NCBI GenBank assembly: GCA_023213395.1
Contig: CM041465.1
Coordinates: forward strand, 179,807,741-179,871,740
Direction of reading: 5' to 3'
Source of the DNA: Cycas panzhihuaensis
Taxonomy: Eukaryota > Plantae > Cycadophyta
Length of the DNA: 64,000 nt
Shown here: piece after piece, positions 12,144-25,500 of the stretch
Position numbering within the stretch: position 1 is the first letter of the stretch
How the letters are laid out: each line of letters begins with the position of its first letter
Made by a program: the position numbers and the translations under genes
The notes under the pieces: generated by a model
The model's database searches: none
Seen by the model: the letters and a program-made list of their open reading frames with translations, nothing else
Told to the model about the DNA's origin: nothing

Positions 12144-15100
12144 TGTCATACCTCCCTTAGGCCTAAAGTGCCTCCATTTTTGAGTTTCCAATCTTCCTTT
12201 TTTTATTTTTGCTTGTCTAGCTACCATGTCGCGATAAAGATTGTGGTACCACTACAAACTTCATGGTACCACAAAATTTACCATGAGGTGACTGTCATAC
12301 ATTATTTTTTAAAATCTGCCATGGAAAATTTCATATTTATTGTAAAATTGCCACCTATCTGAGGCATATTCTTGACCCAAGTCAAACCCTAATCACTCAA
12401 TTGAGCTAGGGTTAAGTTTAAAACCCAAAAATACCCCCAATTTCCTCTCTTGGGCTCTCTTCCATTTTCTCCAACTCTTTCTCTCACTTACTCTTCACAC
12501 CTTCCTACAGAAACACCTTGCAAACATCTAACACATTAACTTTCCAGCCTGAGATTAGCACTCTGTAGCTCCAGATCTGTAGCAGCAGGCTTGCAATAAG
12601 GCCTCTTGAAGGAAGGATGCACTCCAAGTTTGCCATCAAGCATAGATATCCCTTCTTAGACCAGTTTTTGCCTCCAGATCATAGCTCCCTTAGGGTTTCA
12701 CCTATAAACCCTACAGGGCAGGCCCTCCTCTCTCTTTTTTTAGGTAGATGTGTCCCTGATCTACCTACAACATGTACTCTTCCTCTCTTGTTTTGGTTTT
12801 ACTTCTTTCAAATATTGAAAAGTTGTTTGTAAGTCTTGCACAACACATGCTTCCTCTAGTTTTTCTTGCTGCACATGGGAGGCAAACCCTCCTTTTCGTG
12901 TCTACTCATTATTTCCTTCCAACCCTTCCCTGGTTCCTCTAAGGAGGTAGCGAGGAAGAGGTCACAAAGGAGAGTGAAAGGAGCAAAGGCGGGTTCTTTA
13001 CTGAGCGAGCCTTCTCCTCAAGGGCAACCCCCTTCTCTCCCTTCCTCTTCCTCCTCTATGCCTCCCTTAGGTTTCCAAAGGGCTACCGGAAGAGGGGTCA
13101 CCACTAGAAGTAGCACATACAGCCTATTATTGCACTTATTTCTAGCTTTGCAGGCCTTACTTAAGTAAGAATCGTAGCCTTGAATCAAACCCTACCCATC
13201 ATTTGGTGTTAGGTTAGTTTGAAGTTACAAATGTTGTACTTTGCAACAACCTGTCATTCATATCTTTAGCTTTTTTTACATTAGATTTTCTCACTACCTT
13301 AGTCCTTAGGTAGCATGGTATGTCGTAGACTTGGAGGGTTAGCCATCCCGAGGCTAACCACATCCCTTCCTCTTCCTTGTCCCTTTTAATATTTCATGCA
13401 AGCTAACATAAAACCAAAATTGAAAGTTGATTTTGTTGTAAATGTTTCTTTGATTTAGATAGCTTGCATTATACTATTCTGTATGCTACATATATATATA
13501 TATATCCCTTGTGCTTTAGAAGCCCCATGGGAAGGGTAGACATTACTTAGTTGTAGGTTCCCCTCTCGATGTATGTGGAGAAGGAAGACATTTCAACCCA
13601 AGTGTGTTCTTGCCTTTCTTCTTGATACTTCTTTTGCATCCTTTTATACAACTCTTTTTTCTCCTTTCTATTTTTTTCAATTTAGGGAAGCTAAGGAAGC
13701 GCCTACCCTCATTCGTTGGTACTACCACATCAAGCCATCTGCAGTTGGGAGTAATATGAGAAAAGCAACTATAATAAGGGGATAGCACTCCTTCGGTCAT
13801 CCAAGTTTTGGGTATGTTGCTCACTCCCCTTTAGTCCTATTCCTCTCACTTTATTCAATGTGGAGAAGAGGTATTATATGCAATATCATCACAATCAAAT
13901 GAAAAGTATAGAACATACACAAATACACATTGCACAAATACACATGATTTAGTAGGTGGAAAACCCCTTCTAGGGAAGAAAAAACACCTCTAAAAGATTA
14001 ATCTATTGGATGACAAGATAAATACAGAACATAAGAACCTGACCAAACTAACAAACATTCTCCATACCAAACAATACCTTCAGACCAATCTTAAGACAGC
14101 CTCTAGACAGAATCCAGACCACCCCCTAAATTCTAAGAGGAGCTTTTAAGGAGTAAGAGGTTCATTGGAATGGACAGTTACTCATTTCAACAAACTTACA
14201 TAATAAATAATTATTAAACATAAACTTTATAAAAACTAACGTTAGAAACTTAAATATACATTTAAGACATGTGATAAAAAGGTAACATTAATATTCCTAA
14301 CAGTCCCCATATATCATACCTAAAGGGAAAGGAAAAGGAAAGAGAATTTGTGCACATCATTCACACCTAGTTAGTTTGCTTACTTGTTCAACAAAAGTGC
14401 ATCAAACAGGGACCATACCCGTTGCATGTCTATTTGTTGCATGTTTCCTTGAGCTTGCATTCTTTGCATGCATCTTACCTCACATATCATTACTTTTCCA
14501 ATCCCTCTCTTTTTTGCATTTGAAAATTAAAAGAGAGTGAGGACATGCATGGGTGAGAAAACAAGTGGTTTTGTTTATGTTGTTCTTTTCCTTCTTTCAA
14601 GAAAGAACCTATCTTGCATACAAGAACACAACATCATGTACACAACCTCATCCCCACACATGTTACATAGCAACCTACATGTAAAAGAATTGGGATTTTC
14701 CCATTATCACTTCACATCCCTAAAACTATCTTAGATGTAGCACCTTAAGGGCATCCCCCCTTTTAAGGCCCCCTTTCTCTCATTGTTCTTTGTTGTTCTT
14801 ATTATAGCTAAGTAACCTTAGTGTGACCTTTGAGTCAGTTCCATACCATAGGATTGGTCACTTCTCCATTCCTTCATGAGTGCATACCGCCCTCACCTCT
14901 TGCCTAGAACCACCTCTCCCTTTTCTTTCTTTTTTCAAAGTGAGGTCCTCTTGCTTGCCTTCTCCTCCTGCCTTCGGCCATCCAAGGGCAGGAGGGCCCA
15001 TCTTTCGAGGTTACTCAGGAACCTGAGGATATCCCTCATCTCTTGTACCCCCCAACTAAAGTAGAGCTACCTGGAAAGAAGTTTGAATGCCATTTGTGGG

Positions 15101-15253
15101 TCCTAAACCTATGTTCTGATGCACGGATGCCCTTTGTGGGTGATCTCTTTCACTTGCCAAATAGGTCTTTACTTTAAAACCTCTTCGTTGGTTGACTTGA
15201 CCTTAACCAAATATGGTTACACCCCCCCCCCCCCCCTAAGAGGTGCAATTCCA
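12144..15253 (+). repeat. 3' LTR of element A (TG...CA), containing a 444-bp insertion
   Basis: Begins TGTCATACC and ends AATTCCA; matches 1-2646. The left boundary is inferred from the TG motif only. Confidence 0.88.
13859..14302 (-). mobile_element. Solo LTR (Copia-like) inserted in the 3' LTR of A
   Basis: Absent from the 5' LTR at about 1700; TG...CA termini; minus-strand start TGTTAGGAATATTAATG resembles the LTR start of element H; no clean TSD. Confidence 0.72.
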
Positions 15254-17092
15254 ATCACCTATATCAATTAGCCTAAATATTTTAATACTAAAATTATAGT
15301 TTATAGATAGAATATACATGTTGATATATTTATCAAAGAATTTAGCAAGCTTAATTATCTCTTGATTAAAGAGTTGTTGCATAGCTAGGTAATTTAGCCT
15401 ATTCTCTCATATAATCATCTTGTTAAAAATTTATTCACATGAGAATTTGTATTCCACAATAGTCTCTATTATATTTAAACATGTATTCAATCTAAGAGAT
15501 TTATATTTAACCCCATATAAGTTTATCTTTAGCCTTACTTTTAACATTTTGTAACCACTTCATAATGTTATAGCAAATGGCAATCACTCAGTTATAGATC
15601 AATATCTTCATTCAAATGACAAATACTATAGGGCCATTATTTATTTTATATCTTTGAAGTTTTATTCTGTAAATTATTTACATTATAGCAAAACCCATTT
15701 CTAAATCTCTAAGAATAATATTTCTATAAGCATAAATAACCATTTCTCACTACTCTTTGACTTATCAACATCTAATTACTCATAACTAAGAATTGGCCTT
15801 ATCTTTTTATATTGTTATAATACCTTATTTGTATCTATTATATATAACCCATTGTATATTCTCTTCTTATGTTTTCACTTGGTATTTTAATATGATTATC
15901 CCTTGAGATAATCCCTTGTTTGGTTTGGTACCATGCATCAGTAATCTATGATGATATCTTAGTTTAAGACCATGTATCAATGATTTGATCTAGTACCATG
16001 TGTATGATATTCTATTAGTTTTAGTCCTAAGATATTAGCATGGGAAAAAGTTAGATATGGTGTGATACCATCAAATGAGCCTTGGAGATTCTACATTAAA
16101 CCATAGTCTAATTGATAGTAATGATCCAAGGAATTTGAAATGCTAAATTAGGAGTTGAGTCACTAGTGAAAAGTCAAAAGGGGGTACCACAATATTCATA
16201 TCACATGCCTTAACTGAAGGGTAGAATCTCATATGGAGTTTATGAATGGTTGGGCTCATTTTTTTCTACTTTAAGATAATTTTATTTTATGTTGATCTTG
16301 TGTAAATATTCTACAAAATTTATGAACTAAATATTAGTGTTATATTGCATGTGAGAAAATATATACTTGGGTTATGCATTTTAATCCCATTATGAAGAGT
16401 AAAGTGCATGCACTAGTGTCACATAGTGTGATCTATAGACCCTCAGACTATTAGCTTAGCATATAGCTTACTAGTATTATGGTTTACCATATATCATTAT
16501 TATTATTATTATTTTCATGATTAATCTTAGTCTTGAGAAGGTTATATCCTTGGTGTCAGAAAAAGGAAAAAGAATTTTTTTTTCTTTATTATTTTATATC
16601 ATTATGGTATTGAGTTGTCATAAGTGGTGTTAGAGAAAAAAGGTTCAAACCTCAATAGAACCTAAGTTATAGTGTTAATCTATGAGGTAAAATCCCTCTC
16701 TAGCCTATTGGTCATTTTAGTAGTTAAAACATTACCATGGATTTGAGTATTAGGTGACTTGAGAACTCATAGGAAGGTAAAGCACACTTCACAAATCAAC
16801 TCAACAAAGCCACATACGAAGGGATGGAACCCTAACTAAGCTTGAGGATTTTGCCCCCCTGAAAAAAAAAAAAACTTAAGAAAACCTTAAAATAGGAAGT
16901 TTAAGTCACTTCTTTCTGAATTCTCATATAAGCCTAATGAATTAACATTAAGACTAAGCATAGTATTTGGATTTTTTTTCTATCTCATATGCAAAACCTA
17001 ACTTTAGACCATCTTGTATTTTATTATAAAACCACTATTATGAAGAAAATAACAAAATCAAGATGATGATGGACACATAATATGGTCAATTC

Positions 17093-20000
17093 TATTAAAT
17101 CATGGTATAAGAAAATGTGCTCTCATACCACTTATAAAACACACTAGTCAATCACAGGTCCAAGATTCAAAATAAAATTAATATGCCATGTTAAATATTA
17201 AAATATTATCATAAGGATATGTACATAACATTATCCAATATAAGAAATAAACCATATTAAAAATATAAGCATGTATAACCATTACCATGAGACATCAGAT
17301 ATAAATGCGGAAAACCCAAACCAAGGAAAAACTAGAGAGAATGTTAGAGGCTAGCTCTACTATATTAATCACATAATAAAGTTACCCCTTCTACTCTTAA
17401 GTTTCTCAAGTGGGTGTGAACATATTTATAAGACAATCTACCTCATAATTAGCTTATCACATTACAAAGATTTTACACCATCCAATAAGAGGCTACCATT
17501 AATAATTATATATTTGTCACTTTAACCAATATTATAATGTGAGAGAACATTAAATATTAACCATGTAGATAACTCCACATTCCATTAATCTCCCACTTAA
17601 TATTTAATATTTATAATTTATAGGTATTTAAGTCACAACTCTGCATCTATATTAGATCCTACATCACCTATAATCTGATAAATCATACTTACCTCCTACA
17701 AGTAAGACTTATCATTACAAGGTATCATCTTATCATAAAATCAACTAATCAACCACTCACAACCATGACTTAATATGTCATGCCATATAAAGTCTTCTCC
17801 TTAACCATATCACAAACTACTTCAAGATTAAATACAAGCTAATATACTAGCTAATTTGATGGAATGTCCTTTTCTATAGATGGTCCATCAACACATATAG
17901 CTTTTTCATGCTCTGGTTCTACCTATTACTAAGGAGATGAACTTGGATGGAAGACCCTAAACCCCATCCACTGAACCATGGAATAAGCATGCAAGAATGG
18001 TTCTCCGAGCATAACCATAAGTCTAAACAACTCCATATTCTCCACTTGTAAAGCTGCAAACAACCAACACTTCCAATCTTTTGAATATGTGCTACCTCCA
18101 TCAATGAATCTAAACTCATGCATTTTCTAGCTCTATTGGTAATTATGCATAAATGCATATGTGGTCTTGAGGTACTGCCTCTCTATAAATGATTCTATAC
18201 CTATTACTTAAACATATGAAACACTATTGCCTTACAACATGTGAAATAACCAATACTTAGTCTAATTGACATCAAATATTTAGGGCCCTTAGCATCATCT
18301 AGGTGACAAAATAAACTAGGTGTGCAAAACAAAATGCCATTTGACTAGTGCTTCATAGAACTACATCAAATGTCAAGTATGTCTAGGGGAGTTTCCAAGA
18401 TCCCTTTTGAACTGCATTAAAACTTGTACTTTAAACCATCATTAATGAGCCTTCATATATACAATTTCAATGAAAACTTATTTTATTTCTCTAACAAGTA
18501 GTCATTACCATCATTTCATGCATTTATGAGCCTTTAAAATTATTAAAGATGCCAGACCAATTCTTAAAATACTCAAAATTTGTACTTATTCACCTATCAA
18601 AACTACTTTGATAAAATTTGTTAATTAAAATACATATCATGCAATTTCTAAAACATGCCTTATAACCATCTTTTTGACCATCTCAAAATGCTCTTTCTAA
18701 TGCAACTGATAGCACCTTAATTAGACATCCCAATGAAAAGTTACAGTTAAAACAATGATGATATGTCATTTAAAAATGAATGCAACTTAACAAACTCAAT
18801 TAGCCCCCTTTTGCTAGAGCTCCTAGTTGCATTGATTAACTTATATGACCTCCTACCATCATCTTGGGGGCTCTATAGACTCTAAATCATTATTTAATCA
18901 AATTTGACTATTACAATTTTTTTATGTTTGATCAAATTTTGCCTCCATGTGTGTAGAGCCATTAATTATGCATGAATGAAATCGATAAAAAGAAAAAAAT
19001 AGATTGATTGAATCTAATTAGATTTCTTAGGTACATTGATAGATTGATCTCCTTAGTTGATTGATGAATTCAATAGTTATTTCATCTCAATCCATGAGTA
19101 GCTTTTATTTATTAGGGTAGTCATAATACAGATGCCTCTTCTCACATAACTTCATGTTATCCATGGCCACTTTCAAAGTACCTTCCTTCTATTTCTTCCA
19201 ATAGCAGACTAGTCTATATTTCTTTTATGGCTAGAACTTCATCAATAATTATTCTTGCATCCTCCTTCTACAAATGCTATCTATGTAGGTCTTTAATATT
19301 TTCATCATTCACTACAGGTGCAACTTCATTTGATTAGTCTATGGCTCCTTCATCTATGGTATAATCTCCTCTCAATTGGGTGTTCATACTTTTATGTAGT
19401 TAGATAACCATTAAGGTTTTCTTCATTTGTATTCTCCAGGAAGCCGTCTTTGTAGGATTCATTTTGTCTCCATCTTTTAATGGGCAATCTCCATTATGGC
19501 TAGGTCTCCTCTATTCATGTAATATTTCTAATAGTTATATCTTCTTTCACTTACACATAGCTCCTCTAAGAAATGTGTGGCCATTTGGGTGTTTTCATCT
19601 CCACACAACTATCACTCCAACTCCATTTACAGGCATTATCATCATACAAAGGGTTTTAATAGTATGCATAGTCATATCCTCCACCACTATGGATAATCAT
19701 TAGAAGTTATAGATCACATGCCCTCCTCACAACTAGGGTTTCATCTTCACATAGCTAGAAATGATGTTAACAAAGAAAATAAGCTTCAAACAGTGATGGC
19801 TTTCACAATGGCAATTTATTATTCATTGCATCAGTGAGAAAAACAAAATAGCATCTCATTTACAAGATGGTACCATATGCAAAATGATAAAACAATGAGG
19901 ATTCAACTCAAAACAAAGTCAAAATACACCTAGAATGGACCATAATAAAAATATGATGTATATGTAGAATGAGGTCCATTTTCTCAAATAGATTTCACTG

Positions 20001-21775
20001 TTCTTTCTTGTTTCTCCAAAAAACTATACAAATAAGTTCAAAAAACATCATGAAACATCATAATTCACATCTTGTTATAGTCCCAGATCAACATGTAAAC
20101 ATTATGCCCTCATGCAATCTTACATAAGTCATTAGTCAAGGTAAATATATCTATGCCTACCAAAAATACATTAATAAACTAATAAAAGCATAGCTCCATA
20201 TTCACAACATAAATTACATTATGTCATTAGTATTTCTTGTATTTAATCATCATACCATTAAAACACAATTATCATACCTTCATCATGTAACACATAATAT
20301 CATGCATGTCTCTCACATGCATCCATCCATACACCTACTCTCTTATTTGCATAAAAAAATATCACAATAATAGCAATTTTTGTTAACATCCTCATCTTGC
20401 TATCAAACATATGAAGGGTGTCACAAAGTCACTTCTCACCTCATAAGTAAACTACCTATTTCAGATTATTGAGTACTGGCTCACTGTATCAACATGTTGT
20501 AACTATCACAATATGATGAAACTCTACACCACTCTAAGTAAAGATCTCTTAACAGTAGACACTACTACAAAAATACCACTGTAGTAATATAATCCATAAA
20601 CTAGTGAACAAAAAAATCTATCTCAATAAGAAAGATATCACTAGTTGTGAATTGAACTTGAGGTATAGTAAGGTGATCAATCTCACATAGCCTTAACCAC
20701 ATTTGCAGAGAGCTCTTTCTATAAACCCAAACTCAACTAGTTCATGTTCATCATATTTTATAAACTAATAGAACCCCTTCCCATACCCATAATGATAGTT
20801 AAATAAGTATGTCATTTCGATCTTCTTCAATTGCTCCACCGTTCAACATCCAACAAACCATATTTTATATGTAATAGGTTTTTATCCTATATAATAAAAA
20901 AACTATATACACAACATGCTAAACCAATGTATATAAATATCAAATAAATGTCATACCATGTAGTTTTTCAGTACTCATCTTTACATGACTTTCAACAGTT
21001 GTATGTGGCTCTCAACATGCCCCAATCTGGTCATGTCTCATAATCATAACCTTGGCTTATTAAACCCTCTTTAATAGGGTCTTTATATAAGCTCATATTA
21101 ACTATATCATCCTAATATTGGCTCTCACATTTGTTGCATAGCTTTAACAGTACCAACATATATTGGATGCTTCTTACTCAACATGCATCCAATTTGTAAT
21201 AGAACTTTACATAACAAACTTGAATATGTAGGCTCTAAATAAACATGGTTAACAATTTCTTGTAAATAAGTTCTGCACATTTGAACCTTCAGTACCATTG
21301 AATTTGATACCAAATGTTAAATCATAGTATAAAAAAATACATTCTCATACCACCTGTAAGACATACTTGCCAATCACATGTCTAAGATTCATAATATTGC
21401 TATGCCATGTTAAATATTAAAATATCATCATAAGGATATGTATATAAATATTATGTAATATAATAAATAAACCATATCAAAAATATAAACATGCATAATC
21501 ATCACCATGAGACACTAAATATAAATATGGAAAACCTAAACCAAGGAAAAACCACCAGAGAATGTTGGATGCTAATTCCACTATATTAATCATATAATAA
21601 AGTTACCCCTTTCACTCTCAAGTGGGTATGTACATGTGTATAGGACAATCCATCTCATGATGTGCCTATCATATTATAAAGCCTATACACCATATAATAG
21701 GAGGTTACTATTAACAATTATGCATTTGTCACTTTAACAAATATTATAATGTGGGAGAACATTAAACATTAACTA
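17093..21775 (-). mobile_element. Element B: non-autonomous Copia-like LTR element (LTRs about 17093-17587 and 21315-21775) with only a gag remnant
   Basis: Two ~470-bp direct repeats; Met-type PBS (rc TGGTATCAAATT) at 21301-21312; PPT (rc AAGTGGGAGATT) at about 17587-17598; weak gag N-terminal remnant CPLKDGDKMNPTKTASWRIQMKKTL at about 19400-19495. Confidence 0.8.
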
Positions 21776-22199
21776 TAGTATATCTTCCCAAAAGTATCCT
21801 CATAGATCTAAAAGAGGAAGAGTTAAAAGAACAAATAGAGTATCTTTATCAACTTTGAAGGCTAAGATTACAGATTGGCATATGTAATAGATATCAAAAG
21901 AACACTGAAGGAGAATGAAGTACTTTCTCTTGAGAAAGTGAAATAATAATTAGTATATTACAAGTAATCTTTCACCCTTAAATAGATAAAAGAGGGTCTC
22001 TCTTTAGAAATCCTATTGGAATCCCTAATGGCCTTACATATCATTGGCAAGCCTAATGCCCTTATATATTATTAGAGGGCTTAACAACCCACACATAATA
22101 TTTAATATCAATACCTAACCCCTAATGGTTTCTCCATACTAGTGCCTCTTCCACTTAAAAAGGTGAGGTTATGTTACAGGTCCTCCTCCTTTGGACACT

Positions 22200-25100
22200 G
22201 AGACCCTAAAGCATTAAAGATAAGGTGTTATTGGACAAGTTCCTAGGTCACTTCATTTGTATCACAATCAACCCATTATACTAGATGCTCAGAAATGATA
22301 CGATTTCGAAAGTGGCACTGATGGCTAGTGAGGATTTAGTAAGACTGTAAGGTGTTATTCATCGTTGAGAATAGGTAGCATGGTATGAGGAGTAATAGTT
22401 TTGCCCAAGTATTTTTTTAGGTAAGATACATAAAAAACATTATAGATATTAGTGTCTAGGGGAAGGTCAAGGGCATAGGTAACTTCATTAATCTTTTAGA
22501 GGACTTTATAAGACCATAATAATATATTCTTAACTTATGTCCTTGATGGGACTTGATGGATTATTATTTATATAGTTAGAAGTAGAGGAACACGAGATCT
22601 CCAATGTCAAATGACTAATCAGATTGATGGCAGTCAGAAAATTACTTCATACAAGTGTGTAGTAGTTAGGTTTTATCGAAGGGTATGGAGGATTTAGTCT
22701 AACTCCTGAAACTTTTGTTGGGCTAAGGCAGTTTGAAGATTGGTTGCCAAGGTATAGCAGGAAGGCAGGTGATAACTATATAAGGATAAAAGTAGTGACA
22801 TATGAATGTTGAGTGTTGAGATGAGTTGTACCAATATTCTACCAAGAATAACTAGGAGGTCCACTTAGCTTAGTGTTTTAAGGTAAAATAGTGAAGGTAT
22901 ATTTCCAAAGTTTTGTTCAAGACCTTAGATTAATCATCTATTTAAGAATGGTAAGTAGAACTCATGTTGAATAAGATTCCTATAGTTCTAAAGATGTCTT
23001 CTAAAAAAAATCTAGTAAATTTGGGGTTATGATCATAGATGATGATCAAGGAAAATCTATGAAGGAAAAAATTAAATTAGATATATAGGTTAGTAAGACA
23101 TGATGGTGTATACAAGGTGTTAACTCAAAGGAAGTATGAATATTTGGTTAATATATTAATGGCTACCCAAATAGAGTTAAAACTAGTGGATGTAGACAAG
23201 AGTGATGAAATCTATGGTATTGTCCTGGCATTTACCTTACATAATGTACAATGGTTTGAAAATCCCTGCTAAGGCTTTAGTATCCACCTTATTTTGTTGA
23301 TAAGTATCACACTCCTATATGAAGGTAAAGATGATAGGTTTCATCTGCGGGTAAAAGAAATCTATATAAATACATTAATAGGTTTAATTATATCTTAAGT
23401 GGCCCCCTAAGAGAGTAGAGTGGTACTCTATTAAAATACAAAATATGAATGAGAAGGATAGGTGTACAAAGATGTGATTTCTAAATAACAAATGGTTGTT
23501 GTTGGATGACCAATCTTTTTAGGTGGGAGAATTTTCACTCTAGCTAGCGTAACCAAGTTGAGCCTGATTTTTAGCATGCACGTCATCAAGCCAAATAGTA
23601 TGGGGCTTTAATATAGCATGAAGACTAGTGTTGGGGGTACTGGAATCAAAGTGTAGGTAAGAAAGGGAATTTTCAACCATATTATCTTTGCCTTTCTTAT
23701 AAGAGATTCTAAAGTCAAAGACCTATAAATAATTAATCAATTTAACCTATTCTTTAGATAGATCCAACTAATATAACAGTCTATGAAGTCTTTGGATGTT
23801 TATAAGGATAAGAAATTTTGACCCTAAGAGATATTAATACCACTTATCTATGGCATGTAGGATGGCTTTTATTTCCTTATGGTATATAGAAGTCAGAGTT
23901 CATGATCTTATAGTTTTCAACTTTCAAATGCAATGGGATGGTAGTCTTATATGAGAACTATACCTAGGTTGAATCCTAACAGATCACAATTAAGTTGAAA
24001 TGGTTGGGTAAAATTAGGAGTGGTGAGAATTGAGGTAGAAGTCATGACTACCTTGAGATAGGTGAAGGTAGCTTCAACCTCTAGAGACCATTAAAAGGAG
24101 TCCTGGCAGAGTAAGTTCATTACTAAAGTTATGAGGGAGGCATAGTTTCATATAAAATGATGATAGAACCAAGTGAGACCAAGGAAAACTCACAGTTGTA
24201 TGAGATTAGTAGATGTTGCCTAGGTAGTGATGACTGATATTTTATTCAGGCCTACTAGTACCCCTTTGGAAGATACGATGTGCCCTAAATACTGGAGTTC
24301 TGTTCTCCTAAACTTACACTTAAAAAGTTTTACATATAATTGTCATTGATGTAATATTTAGAGAATTATCTTAAGATGGTGAATGTGATGGTCTAAGCAA
24401 GAACTATAGATAAGAATATCTTCAAAGAATATGATAATAAGTTTCTGGAGGTTGGGGTCAAATATCCTATTCATGAATGCTTGGAAGGTAGTGGGTGCAT
24501 TATAAAGGTCAAAGGGCATCATGCGGAACTCAAAGAGGCTATGATATATTCTAAAAGTTATTTTATGGCAATCCTTGAGAGTAATCAAGATCTAATAATA
24601 ACTAAATTATAAATCTTTCTTAGAGAAAATCAAGGCTCCATGGATTTTATTTAACATATCATCTATCCTTGGAGTTGGGAACTTATTTTTTATGGTAATC
24701 TTATTAAGTTCCCTATAATCCACATAAAGGTAGAAAGAGTTATCTTTCTTTCTAACTAAGACTATTAGGGCTACATATGGGCCTTTTTGGGTTGGATTAT
24801 TCCCATGTCCATCAATTTAGTAGTGATTTTCTCAATTTCATTTTTCTAGAAGTTGAAATTTCTATATGGGCACAAGCTAATTAGGTTGTGATTAAATTAT
24901 AGGTAGATAATATAGAAGAAACCATGGTCAGGGGGATTAGTGGCAAGAAGAGGAGCAAATACTTACTCATATTTAGTAATGATATCCTAGATGTGTGGGT
25001 CAATTTGAGGGTTGACTTGAATGTTATTAAGGTAGACGATATAACCAATGTTAGATTAAAGTTGTTATTTCATATAACCTAGTGAAACCAATTGGTTTAG

Positions 25101-25500
25101 TGGGGATTACAACCCATAAAGTTTGTGTATTTAACCCATTTAGTTCTTAAATAATATAAAAGTATTGATTGGGAATTTGTTGGTGCTATAAGTCCCTAAG
25201 GTTTGCAACCACTAAAATCCTAAGATGTAGGTTTTCTATGACACCACCACAATGGAGATTTTGGTACTCTAGCAGGGAATAAGTGAAGCCAGTCTTGGGG
25301 ACAATGTAAAGATTTAGTTATTAGGCTAATGAGATATCAATAAAGTTCAAGGACATGCTTCCATCAATCAGGATTGACATTGGAGTTTTGCAGAGGATGC
25401 CCTTGACTTGTAAGGGTTCAAGACAAGAGGAAAAGGCTAGAGTTAACAGGGATACTTTAGGTTGAGACTAAGGGGTGGGATCTTCCAAGAAGTAAGCATA
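22200..25500 (-). pseudogene. pol: pol of element C (PR-RT-RH-INT-chromodomain), heavily disrupted
   Basis: ORF 24358..24588 FEFRMMPFDLYNAPTTFQAFMNRIF...FFEDILIYS (RT); ELQYLGHIV; chromodomain-like WVDCDTNEVT*EL at about 22230-22280. Confidence 0.85.

Larger units (their letters stand above)
1..15253 (+). mobile_element. Element A: non-autonomous Ty3/Gypsy Tat/Ogre-type LTR retrotransposon (gag, protease, antisense PMD gene, aRH; no RT or integrase recognised); 5' end lies just outside the window
   Basis: Direct repeats 1-2646 and about 12189-15253; Arg-type PBS after the first LTR; gag and aspartic protease remnants; aRH domain, which is typical of the Tat lineage. Confidence 0.88.

Noticed and set aside
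15254-17092. AT-rich spacer with a (TAT)n microsatellite near 16497-16513
   Set aside because: No ORF, terminal repeats or motif that I can support; probably old TE debris.
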